Of a DNA stretch of 64,000 bases, positions 36,487-46,537 are shown piece after piece; position 1 is the first letter of the stretch; every line of letters begins with the position of its first letter. The notes under the pieces were generated by a model, which was not told where the DNA came from, made no database searches, and saw only the letters and a program-made list of their open reading frames with translations. Source of the stretch: a virus. Lineage: Duplodnaviria; Caudoviricetes. The stretch spans positions 125,180 through 189,179 of the IMG/VR virus record IMGVR_UViG_3300020577_008610. One strand, 5' to 3'. A program made the position numbers and the translations under genes.

Positions 36487-36660
36487 GTTATTTGTTGTAC
36501 CAGACTAATCGAAGGGTTTACGTACTCATCCGAAATGATGTGAGTGCTGGTTGCCCAATTCCTATGTTTGTCATAGTGCACAAACATCCCAGATTCAATA
36601 TGTCAAGAGAATTCCTCAATCGTCATCAGAACGACGTACCTAGGAATAGGTCTTGCCACT

Positions 36661-36748
36661 TGGCTCTCCAGCTAGGATTTGCACCTAGAACACTCCGTGG
36701 CCTTGTTAAGGGGCTCGGGCGGAGTGTGTTTCATTACACCACCGGAGA
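36661..36748 (-). ncRNA. tRNA-bodied RNA with 22-nt anticodon loop (Asn-like acceptor)
   Basis: TCTCCGG/CTGGAGA-G-CCA, GTGT/ACAC D stem, CTCCG-[22 nt]-CGGAG, CTAGG-TGCAAAT-CCTAG. Confidence 0.65.
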
Positions 36749-36822
36749 ATAAACGCCCCCACTCTTCATGGGGACCAAAGCTGATTGTCAAAGACCGGCG
36801 AGGCATTCCCTCAGATCGGAAG

Positions 36823-36894
36823 AGCTGGCGAGGAGACTTGAACTCCTACAAACTGCTTTACAAGAGCAGTGCAATACCATTTTGCTACGCCAGC
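36823..36894 (-). tRNA. tRNA-Thr(TGT)
   Basis: GCTGGCG/CGCCAGC, CTGCT-CT-TGT-AA-AGCAG. Confidence 0.9.
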
Positions 36895-37102
36895 AAGCTT
36901 GGTTGCTTACGGTAACCACTCGGGTTTCTTACGGAAACCATCTCGGGTTGTAAATCACAACCATCTGTCAACAGACTTTACTTTTGAATCACCAACGCCC
37001 CAACTTTTCATTGAGGTATTTGGTAAGTATAATGACAGTTGCCGTTTTGTCTCAGAGGACGAGCTTTTTCAAAGCTTCTCCTCTGGGGCGCCAAAAAGAG
37101 AA

Positions 37103-37417
37103 TTACTCTCCAAGAGCGTTCAGGGCTTCGGCCATCCGATCGAGGGTACGGAGAAAGTTGGCTCCGTCACGAACGATGGCAGTCTGGACGATGGTACGAT
37201 TCCAATTTCCGAACATTACAATCACAGCTCCATCCACACGGATACGGCCACGATGGGGACCAGAGCGAAGGGTTCGCATATTTGTCTTGATCACAAAATC
37301 GTGGTTTGCCCTACGTCCCGACTCAAGATAGTCCAGGCCTCTCTCCCTAGCTCGGCGATAGGTCATGTCCCCATGAAAGCTGTTGATTTTGTTCTGGATG
37401 TTTTCGAGAGTTGCCAT
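37103..37417 (-). CDS. hypothetical protein
   Basis: C-terminal part of ORF 37103..37567. Confidence 0.55.
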   Translation of the reverse strand: MATLENIQNKINSFHGDMTYRRARERGLDYLESGRRANHDFVIKTNMRTLRSGPHRGRIRVDGAVIVMFGNWNRTIVQTAIVRDGANFLRTLDRMAEALNALGE

Positions 37418-37511
37418 TTCTGTATTTTTCTTGCGTGTTGCTGTTTCTTCAGCAAGCCGCCAGGCTATAACACAACCTTGGAGACCTCCGAACCTATTTC
37501 GGCCGAGACTG

Positions 37512-38702
37512 TTACTTCTTGGCTTTGGCAGGGACGGAAGGAGTCTGAGCTTCGCTGGTGTCTTCACCCGTAGCTGTACGAACCATCAGGTCTTCTACGT
37601 ATTTGTGAGCCTTAAACAGGTTCTTGTTGCTGACCTGGAGGGCTCCCCAAACAACCATCCGGGGCTCCGAGGGGCAGTCCGCCATAAACAGGCCGAGTTG
37701 TTTAGCCTGTGCGTCGGAGAGAATTTCGTTCTTGAAGAAGATCTTCAGTTTATCGGCAATTTCCATATACTTCGGAGTGGTGGCTGCAGTGCCTAGCCGA
37801 AGCTTGGCCTTCGGCCAATCCGACAGAACATCCTTAAGGGAAATCTGACGGTCGTAGTTCTTGGCAAAGTCCGTAAATTTCAGGGCTGCTTCAATGCCGA
37901 CCATGGAAGCCACCATTGTGTAGAACAGATTCTCAAAGGGAGTGTCAATCAGCTTGGTTCGCTGAAGCTGCTGGTCCAGCTTAAACCAAGAACGACGGTC
38001 AGGGTACTTTTTGTTGCTCTCGTAAGCCTTCTTCGTCTTGCTCTGGTCGTCCGGATCAAACTCCAGGAACTCTCGGTTCTGACGGATAAAGTCCACCGTA
38101 AGGGGGTGGCACTTGCCAGGAAGCGAAGCGTACTTGATCCATTCGTCCACAGAGGGCTTCAGTTCTACTGTTGCCGCCCGCGACACCTCGGCAGGATCCG
38201 TCTGCTGAACGTTGTATAAGTCTCCCACGTTCTCAGCCACGATCACACGGGTTCCAGGGTGGAGTTTGTACCCATAGAAGGCGCGGCTGTCCATGAGTTG
38301 GAACACAGCCTGCTTTACCCCTTCCAGGGCACGGTTACGCTCATCCAGGAACAGGACCACGGGACGTTCCGTGGCGTCGATGAGCCAATCACAGGGCTTA
38401 AAAGCCGTGGATTTTCTCTCAGCTCCCAGGTCCGGCATACCTGTCAGGTCACCCTCAGTAAGCTGACTCAGGCGCCGTTCCACCACCGGAAGTCCCTGCT
38501 CGTACTTCCAGTTGTACCTCTTCTGATTGTCCTCATCCTTGTAGAAATCATCCCGCATCAAAGCAGCACTCTGATAGGTGCCCTCGGACTTGCCGACAGC
38601 GTGCCTTCCTCGGATGCAGACCGAAATTTCCGGCCCAAAGGCCACCAGGAGCTTTTGCAGCTGCTCCATTTCCACTTGAACTACTGGTGCGAGTACCGCC
38701 AT
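37512..38702 (-). CDS. MoxR-family AAA+ ATPase
   Basis: GRHAVGKS Walker A, ERRLSQ..EGDL.G.P, VVLFLDERNRA Walker B, DPA..SR, PDRRSW. Confidence 0.85.
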   Translation of the reverse strand: MAVLAPVVQVEMEQLQKLLVAFGPEISVCIRGRHAVGKSEGTYQSAALMRDDFYKDEDNQKRYNWKYEQGLPVVERRLSQLTEGDLTGMPDLGAERKSTAFKPCDWLIDATERPVVLFLDERNRALEGVKQAVFQLMDSRAFYGYKLHPGTRVIVAENVGDLYNVQQTDPAEVSRAATVELKPSVDEWIKYASLPGKCHPLTVDFIRQNREFLEFDPDDQSKTKKAYESNKKYPDRRSWFKLDQQLQRTKLIDTPFENLFYTMVASMVGIEAALKFTDFAKNYDRQISLKDVLSDWPKAKLRLGTAATTPKYMEIADKLKIFFKNEILSDAQAKQLGLFMADCPSEPRMVVWGALQVSNKNLFKAHKYVEDLMVRTATGEDTSEAQTPSVPAKAKK

Positions 38703-38857
38703 TTGTTTTCTTCCTTTACCTTCGAGATTAGCAGACTGTTAGAGGGAAATCAACTGAATTAGCCGCTTGGGTGAGAATTAAACTCACACATTGCCCTGGT
38801 TTTAGCTTTAGTCGCTAAAGCCAGCTTCGGGAAAGTTCCTGACCGAGCGGTAATGAA

Positions 38858-38948
38858 ACCATAGTCAGCCTAGGAAAGCTGTCAACCCGGAACATTCATT
38901 TTGTCTCAGCTGGGTGAAGGTTGACAGCCTTGAAGACAGGATTAGACT
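38858..38948. promoter_or_regulatory. divergent sigma70-like promoter pair
   Basis: - strand TTGACA(38885-38880)-N16-TATGGT; + strand TTGACA(38921)-N16-TAGACT. Confidence 0.6.
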
Positions 38949-39008
38949 ACTTGAAGTTGGGCATTCGAACGACCCAAACGAATATTTAAAAACAGCTGGA
39001 GACCACAC

Positions 39009-40373
39009 ATGGCCAATGAGAAAACAACGGAAACCACCAAGGATATTGGAGACAAGTTTTGGGGGCAACCTCATTACGAGGAGGAGAAGTTCGGGGAAAG
39101 AGAATTTGAACATGATTTTCTCCAGGTCTACATGCACGAACCATTTCTTGGCGGTGTGAGCCTGGCCATCTCCAAAGGGCCTGACCTTGACTGTTCCACG
39201 GCTTATGTGGGTTTCAACAAGGAAACTCACGAGCTTTTCATGGGCTACAACCCGTACTTCTTCCGCTCTTTGCAGCCGATTGAGAGAGAGGGAGTGATCA
39301 TCCACGAGTTGTACCACGTTGTTCTCCAGCACTTGTTCGAACGAAATGTTACGGACAAGAAGTATGCCATGGCCTGGAACATCGGGACGGACTTGGCCTG
39401 CAACTCCATCATCGCTCAGGGTGGAGGGAACCGTCTTCCTGACTTCGCTCTGACTCCAGGGAAAGTGCCCTCCAAGATGAAGACCCAGAAAATTGTGGAC
39501 TTCATCAAGAACGTCAAGCCGATGCAGGCTTCCGAGTTCTACTTCGAGGGAGTCAAGGAACTCCTGGATGAGATGGAGAAGAACGGAGAAGGGGAAGGGG
39601 AGCTGGGCACTCTGGACGACCACGGTGGCTGGGGTGACCTTCCTGAAGGCATCAAGGACCAAATCAAGGACAAGGTTCGTGGGATCGTCTCAAACGCCGT
39701 GAATCGAGCTGACTCTCGGAACTCCTGGGGTACGGTTCCTGCTTCCATGCAGGCTGAAATCCGCAAGGCTCTTCAGCATGAGGTTGATTGGAGATCCATT
39801 CTTCGGTTGTTCTTCGGGACAGCAAGAAGCATGCAGCGAATCAGCACTATCAAGAAGATAAACAAGAAGATGCCGGGGGTTCTCCCTGGTGTAAAACGGG
39901 GTACAATCGCTCGATTCGCTGCCTTCATTGACCAGTCAGGGTCTATGTCGGATGAGGATGTGACTCTGGCCTTTGCTGAGGTTGAGGGAGCCAGCAAAGA
40001 GACAGAAATTGACGTTTACAACTTCGACACGGAGATTGACGAGTCCAGCCACAAAGTTTGGAAGCGTGGGAAAACGTTCCCCTGGGGTCGTACTCGTTGT
40101 GGAGGTACTGATTTCAACGCTGTGGCTAGCTTCGTGAACACCCAAAGGAACCGCAGTCGATGGTCCGGAGTTATCATCCTGACAGACGGCTACGCTCCTG
40201 TCATGGGGCAAGTAAGCGGAGCGAAAGTGCTGTGGGTCATCACTCCAGGGGGAACAGTGAATGTGACCCGTCCAGGCGACCTAATTGTCCAATTGCGGAA
40301 GGACAGCAAGAACTTCAAGCAGGCTCTGCTAACAGCCATGAAAAAGCTGTCCGAAGAGGATCCAGAGGAGTAG
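39009..40373 (+). CDS. DUF2201-type metallopeptidase + VWA domain protein (MoxR partner)
   Basis: IIHELYHVV..H..R, WNIGTDLACN, LDDH..W, IDQSGSMS MIDAS, GGTDF, ILTDGY. Confidence 0.9.
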   Translation: MANEKTTETTKDIGDKFWGQPHYEEEKFGEREFEHDFLQVYMHEPFLGGVSLAISKGPDLDCSTAYVGFNKETHELFMGYNPYFFRSLQPIEREGVIIHELYHVVLQHLFERNVTDKKYAMAWNIGTDLACNSIIAQGGGNRLPDFALTPGKVPSKMKTQKIVDFIKNVKPMQASEFYFEGVKELLDEMEKNGEGEGELGTLDDHGGWGDLPEGIKDQIKDKVRGIVSNAVNRADSRNSWGTVPASMQAEIRKALQHEVDWRSILRLFFGTARSMQRISTIKKINKKMPGVLPGVKRGTIARFAAFIDQSGSMSDEDVTLAFAEVEGASKETEIDVYNFDTEIDESSHKVWKRGKTFPWGRTRCGGTDFNAVASFVNTQRNRSRWSGVIILTDGYAPVMGQVSGAKVLWVITPGGTVNVTRPGDLIVQLRKDSKNFKQALLTAMKKLSEEDPEE

Positions 40374-40379
40374 CAACCC

Positions 40380-40742
40380 ATGAAGCTCGGAGAAAAGATC
40401 CTTGACTTCCTTCTCCGAGCTTGTGTGGTTGGCCGAAGTGCTAACAAGGGCAAACTCTACAGACTGAAGTCTCCTGTCCTCTTTTCATCCAACATTTTTC
40501 TACGAATTAAACCTGGAGCCGAAGGGGGCAGAGATTTGTGCTGCCGAATCCCAGCTTCTACTATGGCCCCAGGTTCATTTCTGGTTTTGAGCAAAGAGGA
40601 AGAAAAACCTCTTTGGAAACAGTGGGTCAAGGTACTGTTTTCAGACGGTGATGGCAATTTCATGATTGGGTGGTTGCCCTACCACGAATTCAGTCGGCTT
40701 GTTCACTCGGAGTGGCCATGGGAAGAAGAAAGAAGCCAATAA
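40380..40742 (+). CDS. hypothetical SH3-like protein
   Basis: GKLYRL...WVKVLFSDG...IGWL. Confidence 0.55.
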   Translation: MKLGEKILDFLLRACVVGRSANKGKLYRLKSPVLFSSNIFLRIKPGAEGGRDLCCRIPASTMAPGSFLVLSKEEEKPLWKQWVKVLFSDGDGNFMIGWLPYHEFSRLVHSEWPWEEERSQ

Positions 40743-41056
40743 GGGAAATACAGCGTGGAAGTCTCTACATGCTAGACCGTAGACGTGACTACGTAACCAT
40801 CTTGCGAGAGGTTAAGAGCCGTCAGCACTCCAAGAACTTACAGAATAATAACCAGAAGCTCTTCAGGATCAAGAAGGGCATCGCCAACACCATTCTCGTC
40901 AACAAGAATGAGACCTTGTTCGGAAGAAAATACCTCAATGTCCTCCTGGCAAACGAAGAAGGCGATGTCCTTTCAGGCTTCATCACCCTCAGCGAATTCC
41001 TGGGTGCCATTACAGGATCTCCAAAGTGGAAGGTTGTCACTTACTCCCAGGAGTAA
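40718..41056 (+). CDS. hypothetical SH3-like protein
   Basis: RGSLYML...YLNVLLANEEG...SGFI. Confidence 0.55.
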   Translation: MGRRKKPIREIQRGSLYMLDRRRDYVTILREVKSRQHSKNLQNNNQKLFRIKKGIANTILVNKNETLFGRKYLNVLLANEEGDVLSGFITLSEFLGAITGSPKWKVVTYSQE

Positions 41057-41513
41057 AGGTGTTGAAGAAAGGCAACTTCTCCGCTTTCACGAGCTTCATG
41101 CAGGACCCAGTTCCCCCTTGATAGAAGCCATCCCAGTGAACTACCATCTCCTGGGAGTTACCCACAATCCACCCATTTCGCGCGTGCATCTTCCAGGGCT
41201 CATACGGTCCAGGGTTCACATTCACTACTCTCGCTGCCTTGGATAACAACACCTCATACCTCTGCCTCTGCGGAGGGCTCCAGAGGCTATCCTGGCCATC
41301 ACAGGGCACGACTGCCACGTAGGGTACTCCGAGGTCCAAACAGGCATCACAGACCGTCTGGTCGAATCCTAGGGCCATTCCTGTGTTCACCTCGATACCT
41401 TCCTCCTTGTGGGTTTGGAGGATCTCCCGAAGCTTGTCTTTAATGACGATTCGGACAATTTCTTCCTTCATCAAAAGCTTCCGGTGTCCCGTTACTCCTA
41501 CCTTGTAGGCCAT
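41037..41513 (-). CDS. SLOG-family protein (YspA/DUF1273-like)
   Basis: VGVTGHR, TGMALGFDQ, VVPC.GQ...W, ARNGWIV, WDG...GGTG. Confidence 0.85.
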   Translation of the reverse strand: MAYKVGVTGHRKLLMKEEIVRIVIKDKLREILQTHKEEGIEVNTGMALGFDQTVCDACLDLGVPYVAVVPCDGQDSLWSPPQRQRYEVLLSKAARVVNVNPGPYEPWKMHARNGWIVGNSQEMVVHWDGFYQGGTGSCMKLVKAEKLPFFNTFTPGSK

Positions 41514-41562
41514 GACATTTACCTTTCTTGAAGAAGCATAGCAGACTCCTAGCTCCTTCTGT

Positions 41563-41614
41563 ATTTCTTTTCTCTCCCCCCTCCCCTCTCTTCTTGGTTA
41601 TCCTCCACGCTTTT
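41563..41614 (+). repeat. dispersed repeat copy 2
   Basis: pyrimidine tract + TCTTGGTTATCCTCCACGCTTTT. Confidence 0.8.
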
Positions 41615-41669
41615 GGGATAATGGAAAAAAGTTCAAAAAGCCCATTCTGGCGTGCTACCCTCTGGAGCC

Positions 41670-42104
41670 ATGCAAGCCATTAAAAAGGGGCAACTGTTCC
41701 AGTACACGCAGGAGCATTATGGGAAATTCTATCCAGAACTCCCAAAGGTTCCATTTTCCTCGGAGTACAGAAGATTTAAAACCTCTTGCAGAAAGGATGT
41801 AAAAAAATACATCTTGCTTGCTGCGAAGTCGATAACGGTACATCATCCTAGGACGGAGGTGGCGAAGTGCGACTATGTTCTCTGCTTTGTCTCTGACCCT
41901 TACCAAGACGGAGAGACGAGGGACGGCTGGGTTCGGGCTGAATGGATTGAACCTCTGACTGCCTTTCGAACCTATGAGGCTGAGGAGTTGAATGTTCTGT
42001 ATAACTTCTTCAAGGAGATGAAGGAACAACGAAATCATCTTCTCTTGGAGAAAGAACTGACTCCTTTGGAAGATTTCCAAAGGATAAAAGAACGAAAGAG
42101 GTAG
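41670..42104 (+). CDS. hypothetical SH3-like protein
   Basis: IKKGQLFQY...DGWVRAEWIEPL. Confidence 0.6.
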   Translation: MQAIKKGQLFQYTQEHYGKFYPELPKVPFSSEYRRFKTSCRKDVKKYILLAAKSITVHHPRTEVAKCDYVLCFVSDPYQDGETRDGWVRAEWIEPLTAFRTYEAEELNVLYNFFKEMKEQRNHLLLEKELTPLEDFQRIKERKR

Positions 42105-42148
42105 GAATCGCTGCAATTTAGCAAATTACCCACTACTTCGAGGAGATA

Positions 42149-42703
42149 ATGATGCTACTCAAGACTGCTGACATGCCTAAGGTTCGACTATGTAAGATCC
42201 TCACAGCCGACAAAATTCAAATAAAGTCCACGCCTTTGGATTTGTTCCCCAAGACGCACCAAGAGATCTCAAGCGTGCCTTCTCCTGAACTCTCTCCCAA
42301 CTTGCTGGAAACAATGTGGAAAATGGTTCGAGCCTGCCTCAGGGATGATGGGATTGGTCTTGCCGCTCCACAGATTGGGGTTTTCAAGCAAATGTTTGTG
42401 ATCCGAGAGGATGCAGATCACTTCAGGGTTTACCTTCACCCCAGGTATTCTGTGGACGCTTCCTCGAAACAGGAGACCCAGGTTGAAGGGTGTCTCTCAG
42501 TTCCTGGGAAGAGGGTGCCTGTAAGCAGAGCAACAGTGATCCTGGCTGAATGGCTGGAGTTTAATTCAGAGGGCAAATTGGTAGCCTGCACAGAGCTTCT
42601 GGAGGGTCTGAAGGCTCGTGTCTTTCAACACGAGCACGACCATTTTTCCTGTTTGAGCATACTCGACAGGTATGAACAGCAACGCAAGACTAAGATGCCG
42701 TAA
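42149..42703 (+). CDS. def: peptide deformylase
   Basis: GIGLAAPQIG, EGCLSVPG, ARVFQHEHDH. Confidence 0.95.
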   Translation: MMLLKTADMPKVRLCKILTADKIQIKSTPLDLFPKTHQEISSVPSPELSPNLLETMWKMVRACLRDDGIGLAAPQIGVFKQMFVIREDADHFRVYLHPRYSVDASSKQETQVEGCLSVPGKRVPVSRATVILAEWLEFNSEGKLVACTELLEGLKARVFQHEHDHFSCLSILDRYEQQRKTKMP

Positions 42704-42828
42704 TCTATGGGCCAATTGTCAATCTTGAAAGGTTTTGCCGTCTGCATCAACTCCAAGCGTCTTCAATTCGTCATCTTTTGGTTGGCAGGTATCAAACCTC
42801 TAAGGAATGACAATCCTTCAACGAAAGA

Positions 42829-43263
42829 CTAGAACCACGCCATCTGACCATCCAGAGTGAGGATTTGAGCCCTTACACGTTTGGTGTCGTCGACACTAAT
42901 GAGTCGGCCAAGGTAGATGCCAATAGGCATACCATATTTGACCTTCAGAATATCCTCCTGTCCCAGGATCAGGTTCCTAAGAGACATGTGGCCCATGTGG
43001 TAAGTGGTAATTTCTCCCTTTTTGTCCGGGATGAGTGTCTTCAGTTGGGACCGAAGAACTTGGTTAGAGATAATCCTGGGCGGAGCTACAGCAACGTGGT
43101 AGTTCAGCAACCCTGTCCGTTCCAAGGTTTTGTCCTCACTTCCCCATCCTGAACCTGCTGTCCATTTGTAATTCACGCAATATGGATATAGGAAGGAGCC
43201 CGGCTTGACTTTGGTTTCGAGGTCTTCTTTGGTGTATGGGAAAGGGATTGTTTCTGTTTTCAC
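42829..43263 (-). CDS. hypothetical protein (PIGIYLG family)
   Basis: shares KPG(S/T)F and PIGIYLG...(IL/VL)..DG...W with 49231..49659. Confidence 0.6.
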   Translation of the reverse strand: MKTETIPFPYTKEDLETKVKPGSFLYPYCVNYKWTAGSGWGSEDKTLERTGLLNYHVAVAPPRIISNQVLRSQLKTLIPDKKGEITTYHMGHMSLRNLILGQEDILKVKYGMPIGIYLGRLISVDDTKRVRAQILTLDGQMAWF

Positions 43264-43719
43264 CTCTACACTCTACACCATTCCAATTTTCCGTTAAACA
43301 TTTGGCTTTAGACGCTTTGGAGGTGGATGTCCGAAATGTGCACCGGAAACTCTTTTTACAATTCGATTCTGCAATTTCAGCGACAAAACCGGAAGAACAG
43401 GATTTCCTGGAGGGCCGCTCATTACCGTAACACCCATATCAAGGAAGGGGAAGGCGTTCGCCAAAGCCTCTAGCTCTTCCAAGAGTTGTTCGTAGGTAAT
43501 CTTCTTCAAGAAGCCATCCAGATGGCCAATGGCGCCTTCAGGAGAGCACCAGCCATTAAAACTCATGGTGTTAGCAAAAGAAACCACAGAAGCGGCTTGC
43601 TCGGGGCTTAAGGGCTTTCCGGTTACGATCACCTGAGCTTGGGGGTGAAGAGAAGGAGCTGGCTGTTTTGGAGTATGAGGCTTCACGTCGATGCCGATAA
43701 TTACAACCGGAGCTTGCAA

Positions 43720-44406
43720 ATGGCAACAACCGAATCTCTCAGTCTGCCTCTTTTGGCCCAGGAATTTGTGACAGAAGTTTCTCAGAAGCACAACCAAAAG
43801 GTCAAAGTCCTCCGTAAGTCTGAATCCTGGCTCATGCGGGCTATTGGTTTCATCCTGAAGCCTTTCAACCCGACCTTCATGGAGCAGTACATTACGACCA
43901 TTGGAGCTACCATCTACATTCCAGATGATTTCTTGACCTCTTTTGGGGAGATGGAAGTTCTGGATGTACTTGCACATGAAACCCAGCATGTCATCGACTT
44001 CACGAAGAATAGACTGCTCTTTGTGCTTGGCTACCTATTTCCACAGTGTTTGGCTTTGTTAGCACTCTTGTCCATCTTTGCCTTCCTTAGTCCATGGATG
44101 TCGCTCTGCCTGCTGTTCCTGTTGTTCTTGGCACCAATCCCTGCTCCATTCCGGTACAAGTTCGAAGTGAGCGGCTACAGGACAACAATCCTGTTCGCTC
44201 GGAAGGTGTACAACTACACAGACGAACAGATGGTTCAACTCTACCAGTGGGTGAGCAGCCAGATGACAACCGGAAACTACTACTTTACCTTCCCATTCCC
44301 TGGCAAGATCACCAAAGATCTGAAAGATGAATCTTTCATGCTGGAGCCTCGTTACGTGGAAATCATTGACTTCCTGAAGAGGCACGGCAAGATCCAGCCT
44401 AGTTGA
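43720..44406 (+). CDS. membrane-associated HExxH peptidase-like protein
   Basis: YITTIG.TIY, LAHETQH, two TM helices, RYKFEVSGY; TAATTA upstream. Confidence 0.65.
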   Translation: MATTESLSLPLLAQEFVTEVSQKHNQKVKVLRKSESWLMRAIGFILKPFNPTFMEQYITTIGATIYIPDDFLTSFGEMEVLDVLAHETQHVIDFTKNRLLFVLGYLFPQCLALLALLSIFAFLSPWMSLCLLFLLFLAPIPAPFRYKFEVSGYRTTILFARKVYNYTDEQMVQLYQWVSSQMTTGNYYFTFPFPGKITKDLKDESFMLEPRYVEIIDFLKRHGKIQPS

Positions 44407-44640
44407 TCAGTCTTTCAACAGACTCTTTCCAGTTCCAACCTTCGTTTCCGCTTTCAATTCCTCCACCTCTTTCTCCAGTTTCTCAATCCTGGCCTTCAAG
44501 TTGGGATCCACGATAAGTGTTGTTCCATGACAACCGCAGGAGTAAGTGATGGGTGGTGGACAGTCTGGTTGAGTCCATTTATCAGGAATCCAGATGGGGG
44601 CACCGCATTTGGTGCAAGAACCAGTTTTGACAAAGCTCAT
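44407..44640 (-). CDS. small Zn-ribbon + coiled-coil protein
   Basis: GSCTKCGAPIW...YSCGC. Confidence 0.6.
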   Translation of the reverse strand: MSFVKTGSCTKCGAPIWIPDKWTQPDCPPPITYSCGCHGTTLIVDPNLKARIEKLEKEVEELKAETKVGTGKSLLKD

Positions 44641-44664
44641 GCCTTTCCCTCGCTATTTACGAGT

Positions 44665-45459
44665 ATGCAAAAGGCAAATCCACTTGTCGAACTCATTGAA
44701 CAAATTGTAGGCGAAGAGGTTGACAAGGCTTACGCCTTGCGTCAAGCCGACAAGACTCTTGCCCTTTCTGACAAAAGACGGAAGGAGTTCAAGAAGACAT
44801 TCAGTGACGTGTTCACTGAAATTGATAGCTTGAACATCGGCCGCCGACCCTTAAACCTAGAAGCGGATGCCACCTCTCCACCTCCAGCTGCTCCAACGGC
44901 TCCAACTCCCACTCCAGCTCCCGCTGCTCCAGCCTCAGCAGGCACTCCAGCAGCCCCAGCAACAGGTGGCCAAGCGGCTCCCGCTACAGGAGGCGATCCA
45001 TTGGCTGGAGCCGCCCCTGGAGCCTCTGGCGACCCTGCGGCAACGGATGTTGGTGCAACCGGCACCGACCCAGCAGCCGAAGTTGATACCACAGGAATGG
45101 CTGCTGGAGGTGGTGGTGGCTTTGGGGGCTTTGGGGGGGGAGGAGGAGGTGGTGGTGGAGAAGATAACGCCCCAGGCGAAGCTGAGAGTGGCGAAGAGAC
45201 ACCTGGAGAAGAAGATGGGGCAGGAGAGAAAGAACCGGTAGGTGATCCTATTGACGCTATGGTTTTTGGAGCCCAAGAACTTTTATCCCAGACCCAGGAC
45301 CCGAACTTGATACTTAAATCCCTGAAGGGGCAGATTCAGACAATTTTCAAAGAGCCGGAGCATGCCTTGGGAATGGTCAAGGCTTTATACGATACCAACG
45401 ACTCAATTCTCCAGTCGGTAGCACAGAGATTGTATCTGTTCATCAAGTCTTCGGGATAA
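44665..45459 (+). CDS. low-complexity (P/A/G/E) protein, putative scaffold/internal virion protein
   Basis: TATTTA 5 nt before ATG; LVELIEQIVGEE leader; Pro/Ala and poly-Gly linker. Confidence 0.65.
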   Translation: MQKANPLVELIEQIVGEEVDKAYALRQADKTLALSDKRRKEFKKTFSDVFTEIDSLNIGRRPLNLEADATSPPPAAPTAPTPTPAPAAPASAGTPAAPATGGQAAPATGGDPLAGAAPGASGDPAATDVGATGTDPAAEVDTTGMAAGGGGGFGGFGGGGGGGGGEDNAPGEAESGEETPGEEDGAGEKEPVGDPIDAMVFGAQELLSQTQDPNLILKSLKGQIQTIFKEPEHALGMVKALYDTNDSILQSVAQRLYLFIKSSG

Positions 45460-45494
45460 GGCTCATAATTACAAAATACGGTGGCAAGTAATCA

Positions 45495-45827
45495 ATGGCA
45501 AAGACGACAATGACGACGAAAATCAGCTCCAAGAAGCTTGCTGAGGCAATCCAGACCATTGTGAAGCAGGTTGTGCTCCAAGAAGGGACGCACTTTACAG
45601 CTATGAGAAATATTGAGCACATGGCTGCATCTGCATCAATGGAATTTGAGAAAACCATCACCGACGCTCTGGGTTTGATGAATCCTGACAATATGCAACC
45701 ACAACTTCAGGCCAAGTATTACGAAATCGTAACCAGGATGAAAGACCAGATTCGCCAAGCTGCTTTGGATGCTGCCAAAGGATTAATTTCTTTCCCGCGT
45801 CAGGATGACGGAAAAGGCGTGAAGTAA
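45495..45827 (+). CDS. hypothetical protein with leader
   Basis: KISSKKLAEAIQTIVKQVVLQEG; TAATTA at 45466. Confidence 0.7.
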   Translation: MAKTTMTTKISSKKLAEAIQTIVKQVVLQEGTHFTAMRNIEHMAASASMEFEKTITDALGLMNPDNMQPQLQAKYYEIVTRMKDQIRQAALDAAKGLISFPRQDDGKGVK

Positions 45828-45862
45828 AAATCTTCACAGATTGCGATTAGGAGACAACTGCA

Positions 45863-46519
45863 ATGAGCATGATTCAAGTTGACAAAGAAGAGCTTCGGGG
45901 AATCATCCGTGAAGCTGTGCAAAAGAAGCTAGCCTCTTTGAAGGAAAGCAAAGGTACCGCAGAACCAAAGGCGACGACACCACGCAAAAAGTCGGCACTA
46001 ACAGAAGCCCAGAAGCTTGAAAAGGCCCGGGTAGCTCTGAAAATGCTCCAGGAAGCCATTGGCCACACTCCTCACGGAAGCCGCCTTGGTCCAACGGATG
46101 CTGGCATGAAGGATGAGGCCATGGGTGGTGGAGTTCCAGGTCCAATCGCTGGTACTCCCAAGATGGAATCTGGGAAGCCCACGGTAGCTGACACGCAAGC
46201 AGCCGATGAGCTTCGTCTCTACATGGAGAACGACTTCGGCATTTGGGAAGGCAACCAGAAAAAGTCCATTGAAAAAAACCTTGCTTTGAAGATGAAGAAG
46301 GGCAAGTATGACGCTGCCTTGGCTCCAAAGATTTGGATGTACTTGGTGGACGGTGCGGCTCAGAAATACGTCAAGGAGTTTGGTTCTGGTGGAGACCGTG
46401 TTGACTCTATGTTCAACAAGGCAACCAGGATGCAAGTGGCAAGTGAACTGGCTCAAGAATTTGAGCAGGCCGTGGAGTCTGGTGAGAAGGACCTAGAAAG
46501 CCTTATTGCAGCTATCTAA
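45863..46519 (+). CDS. hypothetical protein with IIREAV leader
   Basis: VDKEELRGIIREAVQKKLASLKES; AGGAG RBS. Confidence 0.75.
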   Translation: MSMIQVDKEELRGIIREAVQKKLASLKESKGTAEPKATTPRKKSALTEAQKLEKARVALKMLQEAIGHTPHGSRLGPTDAGMKDEAMGGGVPGPIAGTPKMESGKPTVADTQAADELRLYMENDFGIWEGNQKKSIEKNLALKMKKGKYDAALAPKIWMYLVDGAAQKYVKEFGSGGDRVDSMFNKATRMQVASELAQEFEQAVESGEKDLESLIAAI

Positions 46520-46537
46520 CCCAAGGAACAGCTATTC

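Noticed and set aside
38865-39662. 265-aa - strand ORF
   Set aside because: Antisense to the DUF2201/VWA gene.
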